A stretch of DNA of 64,000 bases from an uncultured archaeon (GCA_964347045.1 CAYFXC010000005.1:59227-123226); one strand, 5' to 3'. Counted from the stretch's first letter, positions 1 through 10,200 are shown. Notes: generated by a model not told the origin, from the sequence alone. Numbers and translations are program-made.

Positions 1-940
1 CCATTTGGCTTTGCATTTCTTTTTCGGTGTTCGCCCAGAGCTCGTAGTTCATAAGCCATTCAGGAATGTAGTATTTCGTTTCTCGCCATTCTTCTAGAGT
101 TGTGGGGACTTCCCGCTCATCCTTTCGGCTGGGGACTAGCCACCAGTTACCCCCTTGTACCATGACACCGACTTCTTTCTTTAAAACAGCCATTGAATGG
201 TTTTGCATATCTTCAGGGGTATCATAATCATAGGCGACCAAGTCAATATAGGGGGGATGGGGGATGATACGTATTGCGGCTTTTGTGATGATGCCCATGG
301 TGCCTTGAGCACCAAGAAAGAGACCCGTGAAGTCGGGTCCAGGTCCCCACGGGTAATAGGGTTTGAAACCCTTCAGAGCCCAGCTACCTGTGTATATGAT
401 GTCGCCACGAGGGAGAATGACTTCAAGACCGTTGATCATTCGTCCCTGGGGACCATACTTGCTTGTGACTAAGCTAAAACCCCGTTCGAGTGCATCACCG
501 ATGAGAGTGGCACGTGGTGGGGCACCATCTGGGACGGGCGGAGCCCATTCTGGGTGGTGTTTCCGGAAATATGTCCATACCTGCCCTGAAGTAACGCCTG
601 CTTCCACAATGACATATCGGGCATCTTCGTCGACTTCGATGATTTTATTCAATCGTACCAAGTCTAAAATAATGCCTTCGGGTTTCAGAGGCTGAGCATA
701 TCCGCCACTCAATCCTCCGGAATATGGACTGATAGGAATCTTATATTTGTTACAAAGGTTAACGATTTCTTGGATTTCATCCCGATTGCCCGGTTTCACA
801 ATCGCTTCCGCGACAGCTGCTCGAATACCCATCACAGATCGCGCCATGTAACTATGGCGCATCGCAAGGTTAGTGGTAATATGATCAGGACCAATAATTT
901 TGGTGGCTTCATCAACGAATTTATCAATATTGCCAGGCAC
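1..940 (-). CDS. FAD-binding oxidoreductase (GlcD/VAO PCMH family), 3' end runs off the window
   Basis: Absent from the ORF track. Hand translation from GTG at 940 (GGAGG upstream) gives MPGNIDKFVDEA...IVKPGNRDEIQEIV...SGGLSGG...IILDLVRLNKIIEVDEDARYVIVEAGVT...GLFLGAQGTMGIITK, open to position 1. Confidence 0.85.
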   Translation of the reverse strand, partial: MPGNIDKFVDEATKIIGPDHITTNLAMRHSYMARSVMGIRAAVAEAIVKPGNRDEIQEIVNLCNKYKIPISPYSGGLSGGYAQPLKPEGIILDLVRLNKIIEVDEDARYVIVEAGVTSGQVWTYFRKHHPEWAPPVPDGAPPRATLIGDALERGFSLVTSKYGPQGRMINGLEVILPRGDIIYTGSWALKGFKPYYPWGPGPDFTGLFLGAQGTMGIITKAAIRIIPHPPYIDLVAYDYDTPEDMQNHSMAVLKKEVGVMVQGGNWWLVPSRKDEREVPTTLEEWRETKYYIPEWLMNYELWANTEKEMQSQM

Positions 941-1232
941 GCTGGACGCCTCCGTTAAGGGGAATCAAGGTGTTGATGCCGACAACGTGTGACCGCCAGT
1001 ACATAAGCGTTACAGTCGTTAGAATTGTAATACATAAGTAAAACATGGAGTTTGTTCGAACAAACTTACGAGGTAAAATGAAATTCTGTTATGTTCAGAG
1101 CCACAGATCCTTGAATTGCTTATTTCGGTTAATATGAGTATATTTCAAATGTGATCCCAAGAAATCACACGTATACTTAATTTTCGTTGTTAATCTGAAA
1201 ATGACAAAAGATGAATTTGCTGCATTCAAACT

Positions 1233-2495
1233 TTAAGCTAATTTCTTCATTGCCTTCACGATGAGAAAGTCGGGTACCATATGATCATCGAGGTAAGCTT
1301 TTCGTGGGAATTGTTGAACCACTTCTTCAGAGGCCTTCGGTTCACTCACCTCAACAAGCACGAAATTATTTTTAATTAGTTCATTGAGATATGCGCTTAT
1401 CGGTCTGGGGAAAGTAATTGTTGGTGGATGATCGGTATTGAGCATTGGTCTTTCATCGAAGTAATCGATGACAACTTTCATCCGGTCTTCATTTCTTTGG
1501 CTATCTCTGGGAACTCTGATCGTATTGCATGCTGGCCAACTGAATGCCGGATGGAGAATACTAAACACAAAGATGCCCCCTTCCTTCAACACCTGGGATA
1601 TCTGCTGGATGGTCGTTTTATAATCTTTAATGTCCATTAGCGCCATATTGCAGATTACTTTGTCAAAAGAGGCTTCGTCGAACTTGTCTGTAAGTTGTTC
1701 AGCGTTGAGTCTCACATAGCTAATGCCCAATTGCTCTTTTTCTTCTCTTTCGATGGCAAAATCAAGCAATTCAGAAAGGTCAATCCCGGTGACCTTTGCG
1801 CCATTTCTGGCTAGATGGCGGGCCACGTTTCCTTCGCCACAAGCAACGTCTAATATTGTCTCGTCCTTTTGTAAATCAATCAAGTGATATAATACTGGCA
1901 AAATGATGTACTTATGATGGTAATCCCCGCCTTCCCCAGCAAAAGACACCCAGGTGGGAGCTGCATTGTCCCAGAAGGTTATTAGACTGATTTCATCAAT
2001 CGATTCTAGCCTCTCCCAGAATCCACATCTTCCTAGCGTGAGAACCCGTTGACGCCCCCAAGCCTTATGGGGAAACTCTTGTGATGCGATTTCATCCGTC
2101 GGGCTAGGTTTCCAGATAACAAGGCTTTCTTCTGGTTGAAGGGCTCCAACTTGGAAGGGATGGGTTCCATCATATTCCGCGAAATCTAATGCTGGATTCA
2201 TCTTCCCACAGTTCGCACAAGGAATGGTGTAGTAGTTGTCATAAATCAGGAATTCGTTTTGGACCATTTTTTCTTCGACACAGGCTAGACATGTAAAGGT
2301 CTTACAGGCAGAACACCAGGCAATTCCGTTGAAGTGTCTCAGTTCTCCACATGTGTTACATTCATATTTCCAGTGCAAAGAACAGCGCGGAGTAAAGGAG
2401 ATTACTTCATGGGACGCATCGTTTAAGGGATAGCCCTTGACCACTTGTGCATATTCAGAACAATAGAAACACGAAACACCCTCTAAAGAAGTCAT
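1233..2495 (-). CDS. Class I SAM-dependent methyltransferase with N-terminal Cys-rich Zn-finger region
   Basis: Motif I ILDVACGEG, GIDLS and FDKVICNMAL. The N-terminus has 11 Cys. Start moved to ATG 2495 (MTSLEG). Confidence 0.85.
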   Translation of the reverse strand: MTSLEGVSCFYCSEYAQVVKGYPLNDASHEVISFTPRCSLHWKYECNTCGELRHFNGIAWCSACKTFTCLACVEEKMVQNEFLIYDNYYTIPCANCGKMNPALDFAEYDGTHPFQVGALQPEESLVIWKPSPTDEIASQEFPHKAWGRQRVLTLGRCGFWERLESIDEISLITFWDNAAPTWVSFAGEGGDYHHKYIILPVLYHLIDLQKDETILDVACGEGNVARHLARNGAKVTGIDLSELLDFAIEREEKEQLGISYVRLNAEQLTDKFDEASFDKVICNMALMDIKDYKTTIQQISQVLKEGGIFVFSILHPAFSWPACNTIRVPRDSQRNEDRMKVVIDYFDERPMLNTDHPPTITFPRPISAYLNELIKNNFVLVEVSEPKASEEVVQQFPRKAYLDDHMVPDFLIVKAMKKLA

Positions 2496-2919
2496 AAGTA
2501 AGGAAATCAAAGAAAGTATAAAAAAAGCCCGCCGCCTTCCTAAAAGGTGCATTGAAAGTTAAACCGATTCTAGTGAGAGGTCTAAAAATTTTTGAGGTCT
2601 TTCTAATACCACATATGGGATATTCTTGAAAACTGCTGGTGATATGCCTACAATGACCAACCGTCGTGCGTATTTAACCATATTTGTTTATGTCAAACAA
2701 ATCTGTCATTTGCGTTGCAGTCGTTTTGGATTCTTAGAAAAACGTAAGTCAAAATAGAATGATGCATTTTTCTAGCAAAGCTAGTTACGTATGTCAATAA
2801 TTTCAGGCATGATTGTCAAGCTTAAAAAATGACTCTTTCGAAACAACGGGAACTATATAAAAGGGACATGTGTGCGTAATGAAGAGTTCCTAAAATTAGA
2901 TGAAATCTAAGGTGTTCTT

Positions 2920-5232
2920 ATGGTTGGATTCTTCTCGACGTTCCTCAGCCTCTCGCCATTTGAGCAAGCAATGCTCTATTTTGTTATCATTGCCGCCATT
3001 ATCAGTCTTATCTACGCCTTATGGCTTCGGCGTGATGTTCTCAAACACGATAAAGGCACCCCCGAAATGCAGGACGTTTGGGGCGCAATCAAAGAAGGAT
3101 CCAATGCTTACCTCTCCAAACAACTACGCACCATCCTTCCTATCATTTTCCTCCTCACTTTTGTTCTCTTTCTTTCGGTCTATATTATTCCCCCAAGCCC
3201 TGAAGCTGTTGATGTCTTTCCTCCAGGGTTGTATAGTACCAGTCTTATCATTGCCACTGGCCGCTCGATTGCCTTTATTATGGGGGCTCTCTCCTCCCTC
3301 TCTGTAGGTCAATTGGGTATGCGCATAGCCATTGAATCAAACATCCGTGTTGCCTCAGCTTCTGGACGTAGCTATCGTGAGGCTCTCAAAATCGCATATC
3401 ATGGTGGTACTTTCACTGGCATGCTCACTGATGGTCTTGGTCTTCTCGGCGGTACTCTCATATTCATCGCCTTCGGCATCAGCGCCCCTGATGCTCTCCT
3501 CGGCTTCGGACTCGGTGGCACACTTCTTGCTCTCTTTATGCGTATCGGTGGTGGTATTTATACAAAAGCCGCTGATGTCGGGGCCGACCTCGTCGGAAAA
3601 GTCGAAGCTGGGCTTCCCGAGGACGACCCACGCAATGCCGCTGTTATCGCTGACCTTGTTGGAGACAATGTTGGGGATTGTGCTGGTATGGCCGCTGACA
3701 TTTTCGAATCCTACGAAGTCACAATCGTATCTGCCCTTATACTTGGTGTCGCTCTTTTCGCTATTACTGGTCAAATCTTCTGGATTATTTTTCCCCTCGT
3801 TGTGCGAGCCATTGGTGTCATCAGTAGCATTATTGGGACCTTCATGGTTGCCGTCTGGCGAACTGACAAAGCCGAAAAAGCCATGTTCTACAGTTATGAA
3901 GTGAGTAGTGCTTTCACAATTATTGTGTCCAGCATCTTTGCTTTCGTATATACGGGGGACGTTCGACTCGGCATTCTAGTCGCTGTCGGTGTCCTTCTCG
4001 CCGTTAGCTTCAACCCTCTTACCAACTATTTCACCAGCCATCGCCATCGTCCTGTCGAAGAAATCGTTGAACAAGCTCACGGTGGACCCGCCACCATTGT
4101 ACTTAGCGGAATTAGCACTGGTTATGAAGCAGCTGTCTGGATCACAATAGTGATAGTCGCTTCCTTCATTGCCTCATGGCTCATCGCACCTGAATATGTC
4201 CTCTATGGTATCGCGCTCGTCGGTATTGGGATGCTAAGTCACACAGGCAATAACGTTGCAATGGATAGCTACGGACCCATTGCCGACAACGCTGGTGGTA
4301 TTGCCGAGTTAACGAATATGTCTGATGAACCACGGAAAGTTCTTGCAGATTTGGATGCAGTGGGTAATACGATGAAAGCGATTACAAAGAATGTGGCGAT
4401 TGCCTCCGCCGTGGTTGCTGCAAGTGCACTTTTCTACAGTTTTGTGGTTGATGTGACCCGTGCTGCAGAATTCTGGGGTATCATAAACCCATTGGCATTT
4501 GGGATTCAAGTGAATAATCCTGTGGTATTAGCTGGCCTCTTAGTTGGAGCAGCATTACCGTGGTTGTTCTCAGCCTTAGCAATTCGAGCCGTTAGTCGGG
4601 CCTCCAGTCAAATTATTGATGAAGTTCGAGAGCAGTTTAAGATTCCAGGTGTAATGGAAGGAAAGGTGAAACCACACTATGATCGAGTCGTCTCTATTAC
4701 AACAGCTGCAGCACAAAAAGAGCTCATTAGTTTAACGATTCTCGCGGTAGTTACTCCTTTGGTCGTTGGACTATTATTGCAGCTTGAGGCTCTAGGTGGA
4801 TTTCTGGCGGGTTTAATTGCGTCTGGGTTACTCCTTGCTGTGTACATGTCAGTTGCAGGGGGCGCGTGGGATAACGCGAAAAAATACATTGAAGAAGAAA
4901 TCTGTGCACCCCAGGAAGGCACTGGTAAAGGTTCTGAGCGACATAAGGCTGCCGTGTGTGGAGACACAATTGGTGATCCTCTGAAGGATACAGCTGGTCC
5001 AGCTTTGAATCCGATGATAAAGGTAGTTAACTTGGTAGCATTGATTGTTGCACCAGTTCTATTGATTTATCGGTTCAATCCACCTCCGACTTGGCCACCG
5101 AGTCCAGATTGGATGATTTTGACACTTATAATCAGCGTTGTTGTCATGATCTTTGTGACATTACTGATTTGGTCCTTCCGTCGAAGTCGGCGTTCCATTC
5201 CGCCTTTAGCTGAATGGGAAAGCAAAGATTAG
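2920..5232 (+). CDS. hppA: Membrane-bound H+-translocating pyrophosphatase, K+-independent type
   Basis: GGIYTKAADVGADLVGKVE, DLVGDNVGD, GGAWDNAKK and GDTIGDPLKD motifs. GNTMKAITK has Lys at the K+-dependence position. Confidence 0.96.
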   Translation: MVGFFSTFLSLSPFEQAMLYFVIIAAIISLIYALWLRRDVLKHDKGTPEMQDVWGAIKEGSNAYLSKQLRTILPIIFLLTFVLFLSVYIIPPSPEAVDVFPPGLYSTSLIIATGRSIAFIMGALSSLSVGQLGMRIAIESNIRVASASGRSYREALKIAYHGGTFTGMLTDGLGLLGGTLIFIAFGISAPDALLGFGLGGTLLALFMRIGGGIYTKAADVGADLVGKVEAGLPEDDPRNAAVIADLVGDNVGDCAGMAADIFESYEVTIVSALILGVALFAITGQIFWIIFPLVVRAIGVISSIIGTFMVAVWRTDKAEKAMFYSYEVSSAFTIIVSSIFAFVYTGDVRLGILVAVGVLLAVSFNPLTNYFTSHRHRPVEEIVEQAHGGPATIVLSGISTGYEAAVWITIVIVASFIASWLIAPEYVLYGIALVGIGMLSHTGNNVAMDSYGPIADNAGGIAELTNMSDEPRKVLADLDAVGNTMKAITKNVAIASAVVAASALFYSFVVDVTRAAEFWGIINPLAFGIQVNNPVVLAGLLVGAALPWLFSALAIRAVSRASSQIIDEVREQFKIPGVMEGKVKPHYDRVVSITTAAAQKELISLTILAVVTPLVVGLLLQLEALGGFLAGLIASGLLLAVYMSVAGGAWDNAKKYIEEEICAPQEGTGKGSERHKAAVCGDTIGDPLKDTAGPALNPMIKVVNLVALIVAPVLLIYRFNPPPTWPPSPDWMILTLIISVVVMIFVTLLIWSFRRSRRSIPPLAEWESKD

Positions 5233-5353
5233 TGAATACCTATTTAGAATTATGCAACTACGTTGCTAGCAGTGGCGGTTCCTTTAGGAAGCAACATAAC
5301 ACCCAAAAATACGTATGGTATAATGATAGATAGTACATTTTTGGGTGAGCCTT

Positions 5354-5533
5354 ATGTTCTCACAGCCACAGTATGTATTAATTCTAATTTTTATTGGTAT
5401 CGTATTCATCTTTGCAGGGTTTGGACTCTTATTGATACCCATTCTGGGCGCTCAATCCTATGTAGCATCGATATTCCTTCTAGCTGTGGGCGTAATTGCG
5501 CTCATCCTAGCAGGATGTCTAAGCCGACGCTAA
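5354..5533 (+). CDS. Small two-TM membrane protein
   Basis: GGTGA SD before ATG 5354, two hydrophobic helices and a basic C-terminus. Confidence 0.55.
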   Translation: MFSQPQYVLILIFIGIVFIFAGFGLLLIPILGAQSYVASIFLLAVGVIALILAGCLSRR

Positions 5534-5656
5534 AACTCCTTATCTAAGCCGACTCAAGCGTTTCTAGGATAATCTTATCAGAAATTTCAATTACTTCAGA
5601 ATAACAGAACGCTCATATGAAATCAATTAGATGAATGGAAAGATAGTTGTATATGA

Positions 5657-5772
5657 GTCACTGGAGCATTGGCGGATTAGACACCTCGAAGATAATAAAA
5701 ACATCGGAGAGGGAATGGTTTTCTAGGGGGGAGAGAGGTGCCAACACTTCTCACCGCTCCAGTGACCAATGC
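5657..5772. ncRNA. Candidate structured RNA or cis-element of unknown family
   Basis: Perfect 11-bp inverted repeat GTCACTGGAGC (5657-5667) / GCTCCAGTGAC (5756-5766) enclosing internal hairpins in an intergenic gap. Confidence 0.4.
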
Positions 5773-5933
5773 AGAAATCATGACGACACTAGCCCGTTTC
5801 TCAGATGAAAATCGCGTTGGCGACATATAAAGGTATATACTCGCTCTTTGGTTAGTTTTATTGTCAGCACGAGCTACACACTTTTAAGCGGTATTTCTAA
5901 CTAGTCGCCAAACTTATTCCGAGGCTGAGATTA

Positions 5934-7205
5934 ATGGTGGATTTTGCACTTTCCAAAAGGGAACAAGAACTCTTTGATACAGCTATGGCTTTTTCCAAGA
6001 AATGGATCGTACCCTATGCTCGTGAACTCGAAGAAGCCGACGAATTTCCTTGGGAATTGGCTCAGAAAGCCTATGATGCTGGACTGATGAACTCTCATGT
6101 GACAAAAAAGTATGGTGGACCCGCTCATTCGATGGTCGAAGAAACTCTTATCGGCGAAGCCATAGGCTACGGTGATGGAGGAATTGCCACTACTATTCTA
6201 GCAAATAACCTAGCACTCACACCCTTGCTCATTACGGCGACTCCTGAACAGATGGAAAAATACATCAAACCCTTTGCCACTGGGAAGAAACCTAAATTTG
6301 CGGCTTTTTGTCTAACCGAACGTGAAGCTGGTTCCGATGCAGCGGCTGTGAAGACCTCAGCTACAAAAGATGGGAATAATTGGATTATCAATGGGAGAAA
6401 GTGCTTCAGTACGAATGGACACATAGCAAAATATCATACTGTCTTCACCACCATAGATCCCGCCCTAGGATACAAGGGTATGGCAGTGCACCTAGTTGAC
6501 ACAGAACTCCCAGGTATTGAAATTGTAATGCTTGAAGACAAACTTGGGCAGCGAGCGTCCTTCCAAGCTGAAGTCGAATATAATGATGTTCGCATTCCTG
6601 ACGACTGCCTTTTTGGTGAAAAAGGAAAGGGTTTCAAATATGCTATGCAAACTCTAGACCGCACACGGGCTGGTATAGCTGCACTTGGTGTTGGTATTGC
6701 CCAACGCGCCGTAGACGAAGCAGCTATATTTGCAAATTTCCGGCGACAATTTGGCAAACCCATTGGTGCATTTCAGGGCATCAGCTTCATGATCGCTGAT
6801 ATGGAAGCACGTGCCATGCACGCTCGCTGGGCGACCCGTTACTCTGCTTGGTTAGTGGATCAGGGACAACGCAACACCAAAGAATCCAGCTGTGCCAAAT
6901 TCTTCGCTACCGATGCAGCCATGCAAAATACATTAGATTGCATCCAAATCATGGGCGGGTACGGCTATGCTAAGGAATATCCTGCTGAACAAATGATGCG
7001 AGGAGCTAAACTCACTCAAATCTATGAAGGTACAAATCAAATTCAACGATTAGTCGCTGGGCAGGCAATCCTAAAGGAAGCCCAAGTTACTGAGCTCGAT
7101 ACTGGATTCCGACTGCAATATTCCGGTAAAGATTATCCTGATCCCTGGGGTCCACGTGAAGGCGACGTCCCTGATTTCTGGGGAAAGAAGAAATCCAAGA
7201 AATAA
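5934..7205 (+). CDS. Acyl-CoA dehydrogenase
   Basis: AFCLTEREAGSD, RRQFGKPI, QIMGGYGY and IYEGTNQIQR (catalytic Glu). Confidence 0.96.
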   Translation: MVDFALSKREQELFDTAMAFSKKWIVPYARELEEADEFPWELAQKAYDAGLMNSHVTKKYGGPAHSMVEETLIGEAIGYGDGGIATTILANNLALTPLLITATPEQMEKYIKPFATGKKPKFAAFCLTEREAGSDAAAVKTSATKDGNNWIINGRKCFSTNGHIAKYHTVFTTIDPALGYKGMAVHLVDTELPGIEIVMLEDKLGQRASFQAEVEYNDVRIPDDCLFGEKGKGFKYAMQTLDRTRAGIAALGVGIAQRAVDEAAIFANFRRQFGKPIGAFQGISFMIADMEARAMHARWATRYSAWLVDQGQRNTKESSCAKFFATDAAMQNTLDCIQIMGGYGYAKEYPAEQMMRGAKLTQIYEGTNQIQRLVAGQAILKEAQVTELDTGFRLQYSGKDYPDPWGPREGDVPDFWGKKKSKK

Positions 7206-7299
7206 ATCTGATTTACTTCCTTTTAAAAAGAAAGTGAAAGAGCCGACATTGGGTATTCCATTTGTCGACTCTTGGAGTTTTCGAGTGGAGCAAAGATAA

Positions 7300-8268
7300 T
7301 TACTTGTTCTTTTTCTTTTGACGTAATTGCCTAGCAGCGGTTGGTTGTCCCCCACCAACAAGTCCTGTGAGACCCATAATCTCGCCTTTCACCATGTCCA
7401 TTGGGATGGCGAAAACGATAGTGTTGCTTTGATCGAAACTGATGTCTTCAAGACTAGAAAGAGTTCGTAAGTAGAGCGCCTGTGTGCTCATCTGTTGTAC
7501 GGCTTCTTCAAGGTTTCGAGCTGCAACAAGTTCGCCTTCACTTTTAATGATGACGGCACGGCGTTCTCGTTCGGCTTCTGCCTGACGGGCAATCACTCTT
7601 TTCATATCTGTTGGGAGTTCGATGTTTTGGAGGTTTACACTGATGATGTCAACGCCCCAATCTTCGGTTTCTTTATCAACAATTAATTTAATGCGATCGG
7701 CGATTTGATCACGCTTCGCAAGGAGGTCGTCGAGTTCTACGTTTCCAATGACGTCCCGCATGGTTGTCTGTGCATATTGGACTGTGCTCGTTCTCACATC
7801 TTGGATGTTAATGAGGCTTTTTGGTACGTTTACGACTTTCATGAAAACCACAGCATCCACCATGAGGCTGATGTTATCTCTGGTCATTAATTCCTGTTTC
7901 ATTACATCCAAGTTTTGGATTCGCACATCTTGACGAAGGAATTTTTCGGCTCCAGGCCATTTAAAGAAGATCCCAGGTCCAACTAATCGTGTGAATTTAC
8001 CAAAGCGTAACACGATTGCTTCCTGCCATTGCTTGTTGACTGAAATTGTCATCGGAAGAAGGATGATAAAAATTACCCCAAAAAATCCGAAGACGACTGG
8101 TATGAATAAGGCAACCCAGCCGAGAATTGGTGCAAAAATTGGGATTGCAAATATTGCCAGTGCAATAAAAAGCAAGAATAGGAAGAGAAAGGTCAAAAAT
8201 GGAGCTGGCGATCCTCGATATTCGTACATTCGTTTTTGTTCTTTATCACTTAGGGTTTCTTCACCCAT
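7300..8268 (-). CDS. SPFH/band 7 (stomatin/slipin) membrane protein
   Basis: Two N-terminal TM segments, AIVLRFGK, TRDNISLMVDAVV, AQTTMRDVIG and QAEAERERRA. Confidence 0.93.
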   Translation of the reverse strand: MGEETLSDKEQKRMYEYRGSPAPFLTFLFLFLLFIALAIFAIPIFAPILGWVALFIPVVFGFFGVIFIILLPMTISVNKQWQEAIVLRFGKFTRLVGPGIFFKWPGAEKFLRQDVRIQNLDVMKQELMTRDNISLMVDAVVFMKVVNVPKSLINIQDVRTSTVQYAQTTMRDVIGNVELDDLLAKRDQIADRIKLIVDKETEDWGVDIISVNLQNIELPTDMKRVIARQAEAERERRAVIIKSEGELVAARNLEEAVQQMSTQALYLRTLSSLEDISFDQSNTIVFAIPMDMVKGEIMGLTGLVGGGQPTAARQLRQKKKNK

Positions 8269-8537
8269 TTTATTCACCAATACAACTCAAAGGAATCAAA
8301 CGGATCTTTCAACTTGCTTTCCTATCAAGCTGAATATAGACAGCATTTTGATTCACTCTGAGATTGAGAAGATATTGAGCACCGAGACTATGTGTAAATG
8401 ATGTAAATAAACGTCTGTGAAGCACAATTTGTCAAAGTGTAAAACCCGTACCAGGTTCGAATATCCCTCATAATAGACAGCAAAAGTTCATGCATTTAAA
8501 ATTTCGGAGTGGAATTTAATGTGCGAGTCATACGCTA

Positions 8538-9530
8538 TCAATCATCGATTTGTAAATGAGGGTAATTTGGGTCTAATTCGAGGACTCGATTAAAGCAAAT
8601 CTGAGCTTCTTCTTGACGTTTTAATTCAAGGAGGATGCGACCTCTCAGATATATTCCATTAACGTAGTTGGGTGTTTTTTCAAGGAGCCTGTCTACCACG
8701 TCAAGGGCGTCTTCGAATCGTTGGAGTTTACGAGCTAATGTATTGGCAAGGTTGTAAAGGGTGAGTGTATCAAGAGGATTGATTTCGATTGCTTGGTTGT
8801 ATGCGTCAATGGCCTCATCGTGTTTCTCGAGCATTCCTAATGTTACCCCTTTGTCATACCATGCCCGAGCATTCTCGGGTTCAAGGGCAATAACCCGCTT
8901 GAAAACCTTAAGCGCTTCATCTAAGCGATTCATCTTTCCAAAGAGTTCACCCATGTCGAGCCACGCTTCAATGTGATCTGGAGCAAGTTTGGTAGCTTTC
9001 TTGTAACAGATGAGTGCTTCTTTATTCTGACTTAACTGCTCATGAAGGACTCCCCGATAATACCATGCCCTAGCGTCTCCTGGATTAACAGTCACTGTTT
9101 CAATAAAACAATCAAGTGCTTCTTCAAAGCGTTCCAAATCAGCTAAAATGACTCCTCGGTTGTACCATGCGTTAGCATAATCAAGGCGATTTGATGTACG
9201 CGTTCGAGTAGCTTTAATAAAGCTCTGCAAAGCGTCTTCCCTTCTATTCAGTTCTTGATAGGCGGTACCTAGATTATTCCATGCTTCAGTGTAATTGGAA
9301 TCAAGTTCTGTGGCTCGTTGATAGCAATCTAAAGCTTCATTGATTCGTCCCAGCTCATCAAGTACTAATCCCTTGTTAAACCAACCAGTGGCATCTTGTG
9401 GTCGAAGTTCAGTTGTTGAGGAAAAAGCCTCCAGGGCTTCTTCTAATTTTCCATCCTCTGCCAGAGATATACCCAAATTGAACAAGTCTTCAGCTGTCAT
9501 TTTGGATATTTCGCGTTTCTTCTGTGACAC
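8538..9530 (-). CDS. Tetratricopeptide repeat protein (about 9 TPRs)
   Basis: Repeated AWxNxG...A...F...P 34-aa units. GTG start after GGTGAG. Confidence 0.93.
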   Translation of the reverse strand: MSQKKREISKMTAEDLFNLGISLAEDGKLEEALEAFSSTTELRPQDATGWFNKGLVLDELGRINEALDCYQRATELDSNYTEAWNNLGTAYQELNRREDALQSFIKATRTRTSNRLDYANAWYNRGVILADLERFEEALDCFIETVTVNPGDARAWYYRGVLHEQLSQNKEALICYKKATKLAPDHIEAWLDMGELFGKMNRLDEALKVFKRVIALEPENARAWYDKGVTLGMLEKHDEAIDAYNQAIEINPLDTLTLYNLANTLARKLQRFEDALDVVDRLLEKTPNYVNGIYLRGRILLELKRQEEAQICFNRVLELDPNYPHLQIDD

Positions 9531-9534
9531 AGGC

Positions 9535-9936
9535 TCACCCAATTTGTTGAAACACTCGCATCATCAATTGTCCCAATGGGACAGATTCATGTCCTGCTCC
9601 AATTATAATAAGCTCCCACTTTTTCATTAAATCACGAAAGTTGGCCTGTCCCGTGAAGAGGCTCATTAGTGTCTTGGTTGTTGCTTTATAAATCACTTCA
9701 GGGGATGGATAGCTCCCATTCTTTAATTCCATAGTGCCCTGTCGATGTAATATTATGTGAAACGTTCCTCTGTCGGTTTCAAGCTGTAGAACCTTCCCTT
9801 GATATGGACCAACCCAGTTCCGGATGAAATCATGGTATTCTGGTGTTGAATTTACTTTTGTAATTAATTGCTCAAAGATCTGAATTAGCTGATTTGTCAC
9901 AAACTTCACCCACGATTTCACTTTTTCTCTAGCCAC
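9535..9936 (-). CDS. SCP2 sterol/lipid-binding domain protein
   Basis: G-x-x-P-x-P-x-V-x-Y...TLMSLFTG...L...L.I.G pattern typical of SCP2. True start may be one of the GTGs near 9921. Confidence 0.7.
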   Translation of the reverse strand: MAREKVKSWVKFVTNQLIQIFEQLITKVNSTPEYHDFIRNWVGPYQGKVLQLETDRGTFHIILHRQGTMELKNGSYPSPEVIYKATTKTLMSLFTGQANFRDLMKKWELIIIGAGHESVPLGQLMMRVFQQIG

Positions 9937-10187
9937 GCTTCTAACGCTTCTACTACCACTTCATTGACATATCGTGCTCGAATGTCGCCTTTTCGCTCTC
10001 TTACCTTTTCTAGAAATTTCTGATACATCTGTTGCTCCATTAATACAACAACACGTCCTTTTCGATTATTAACTAAAGCTTCAGCAATGTATTTGTTCTG
10101 ACGGATTGTTAAAGTCTCAATATCATTTAACCGTAAATTTGGATAACCTGGCCATTGCCCATCAGAGGCTTTCTTATATCTTGGCAT
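9918..10187 (-). CDS. Small protein with C-terminal ribbon-helix-helix-like domain
   Basis: VVVLMEQQMYQKFLEKV...VNEVVVEALEAWL strand-helix-helix pattern. GAGGA SD before ATG 10187. Confidence 0.55.
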   Translation of the reverse strand: MPRYKKASDGQWPGYPNLRLNDIETLTIRQNKYIAEALVNNRKGRVVVLMEQQMYQKFLEKVRERKGDIRARYVNEVVVEALEAWLEKK

Positions 10188-10200
10188 TTTGATTTCCTCC

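Noticed and set aside
1150-1169. CRP-like site TGTGA...TCACA
   Set aside because: The spacer is 10 nt rather than 6, there is a single copy, and the context is archaeal.
5657-5766. 5S rRNA, SRP RNA or known riboswitch identity for the structured element
   Set aside because: It lacks the conserved sequence motifs of those families as far as I can recognise, so it is kept only as an unknown element.
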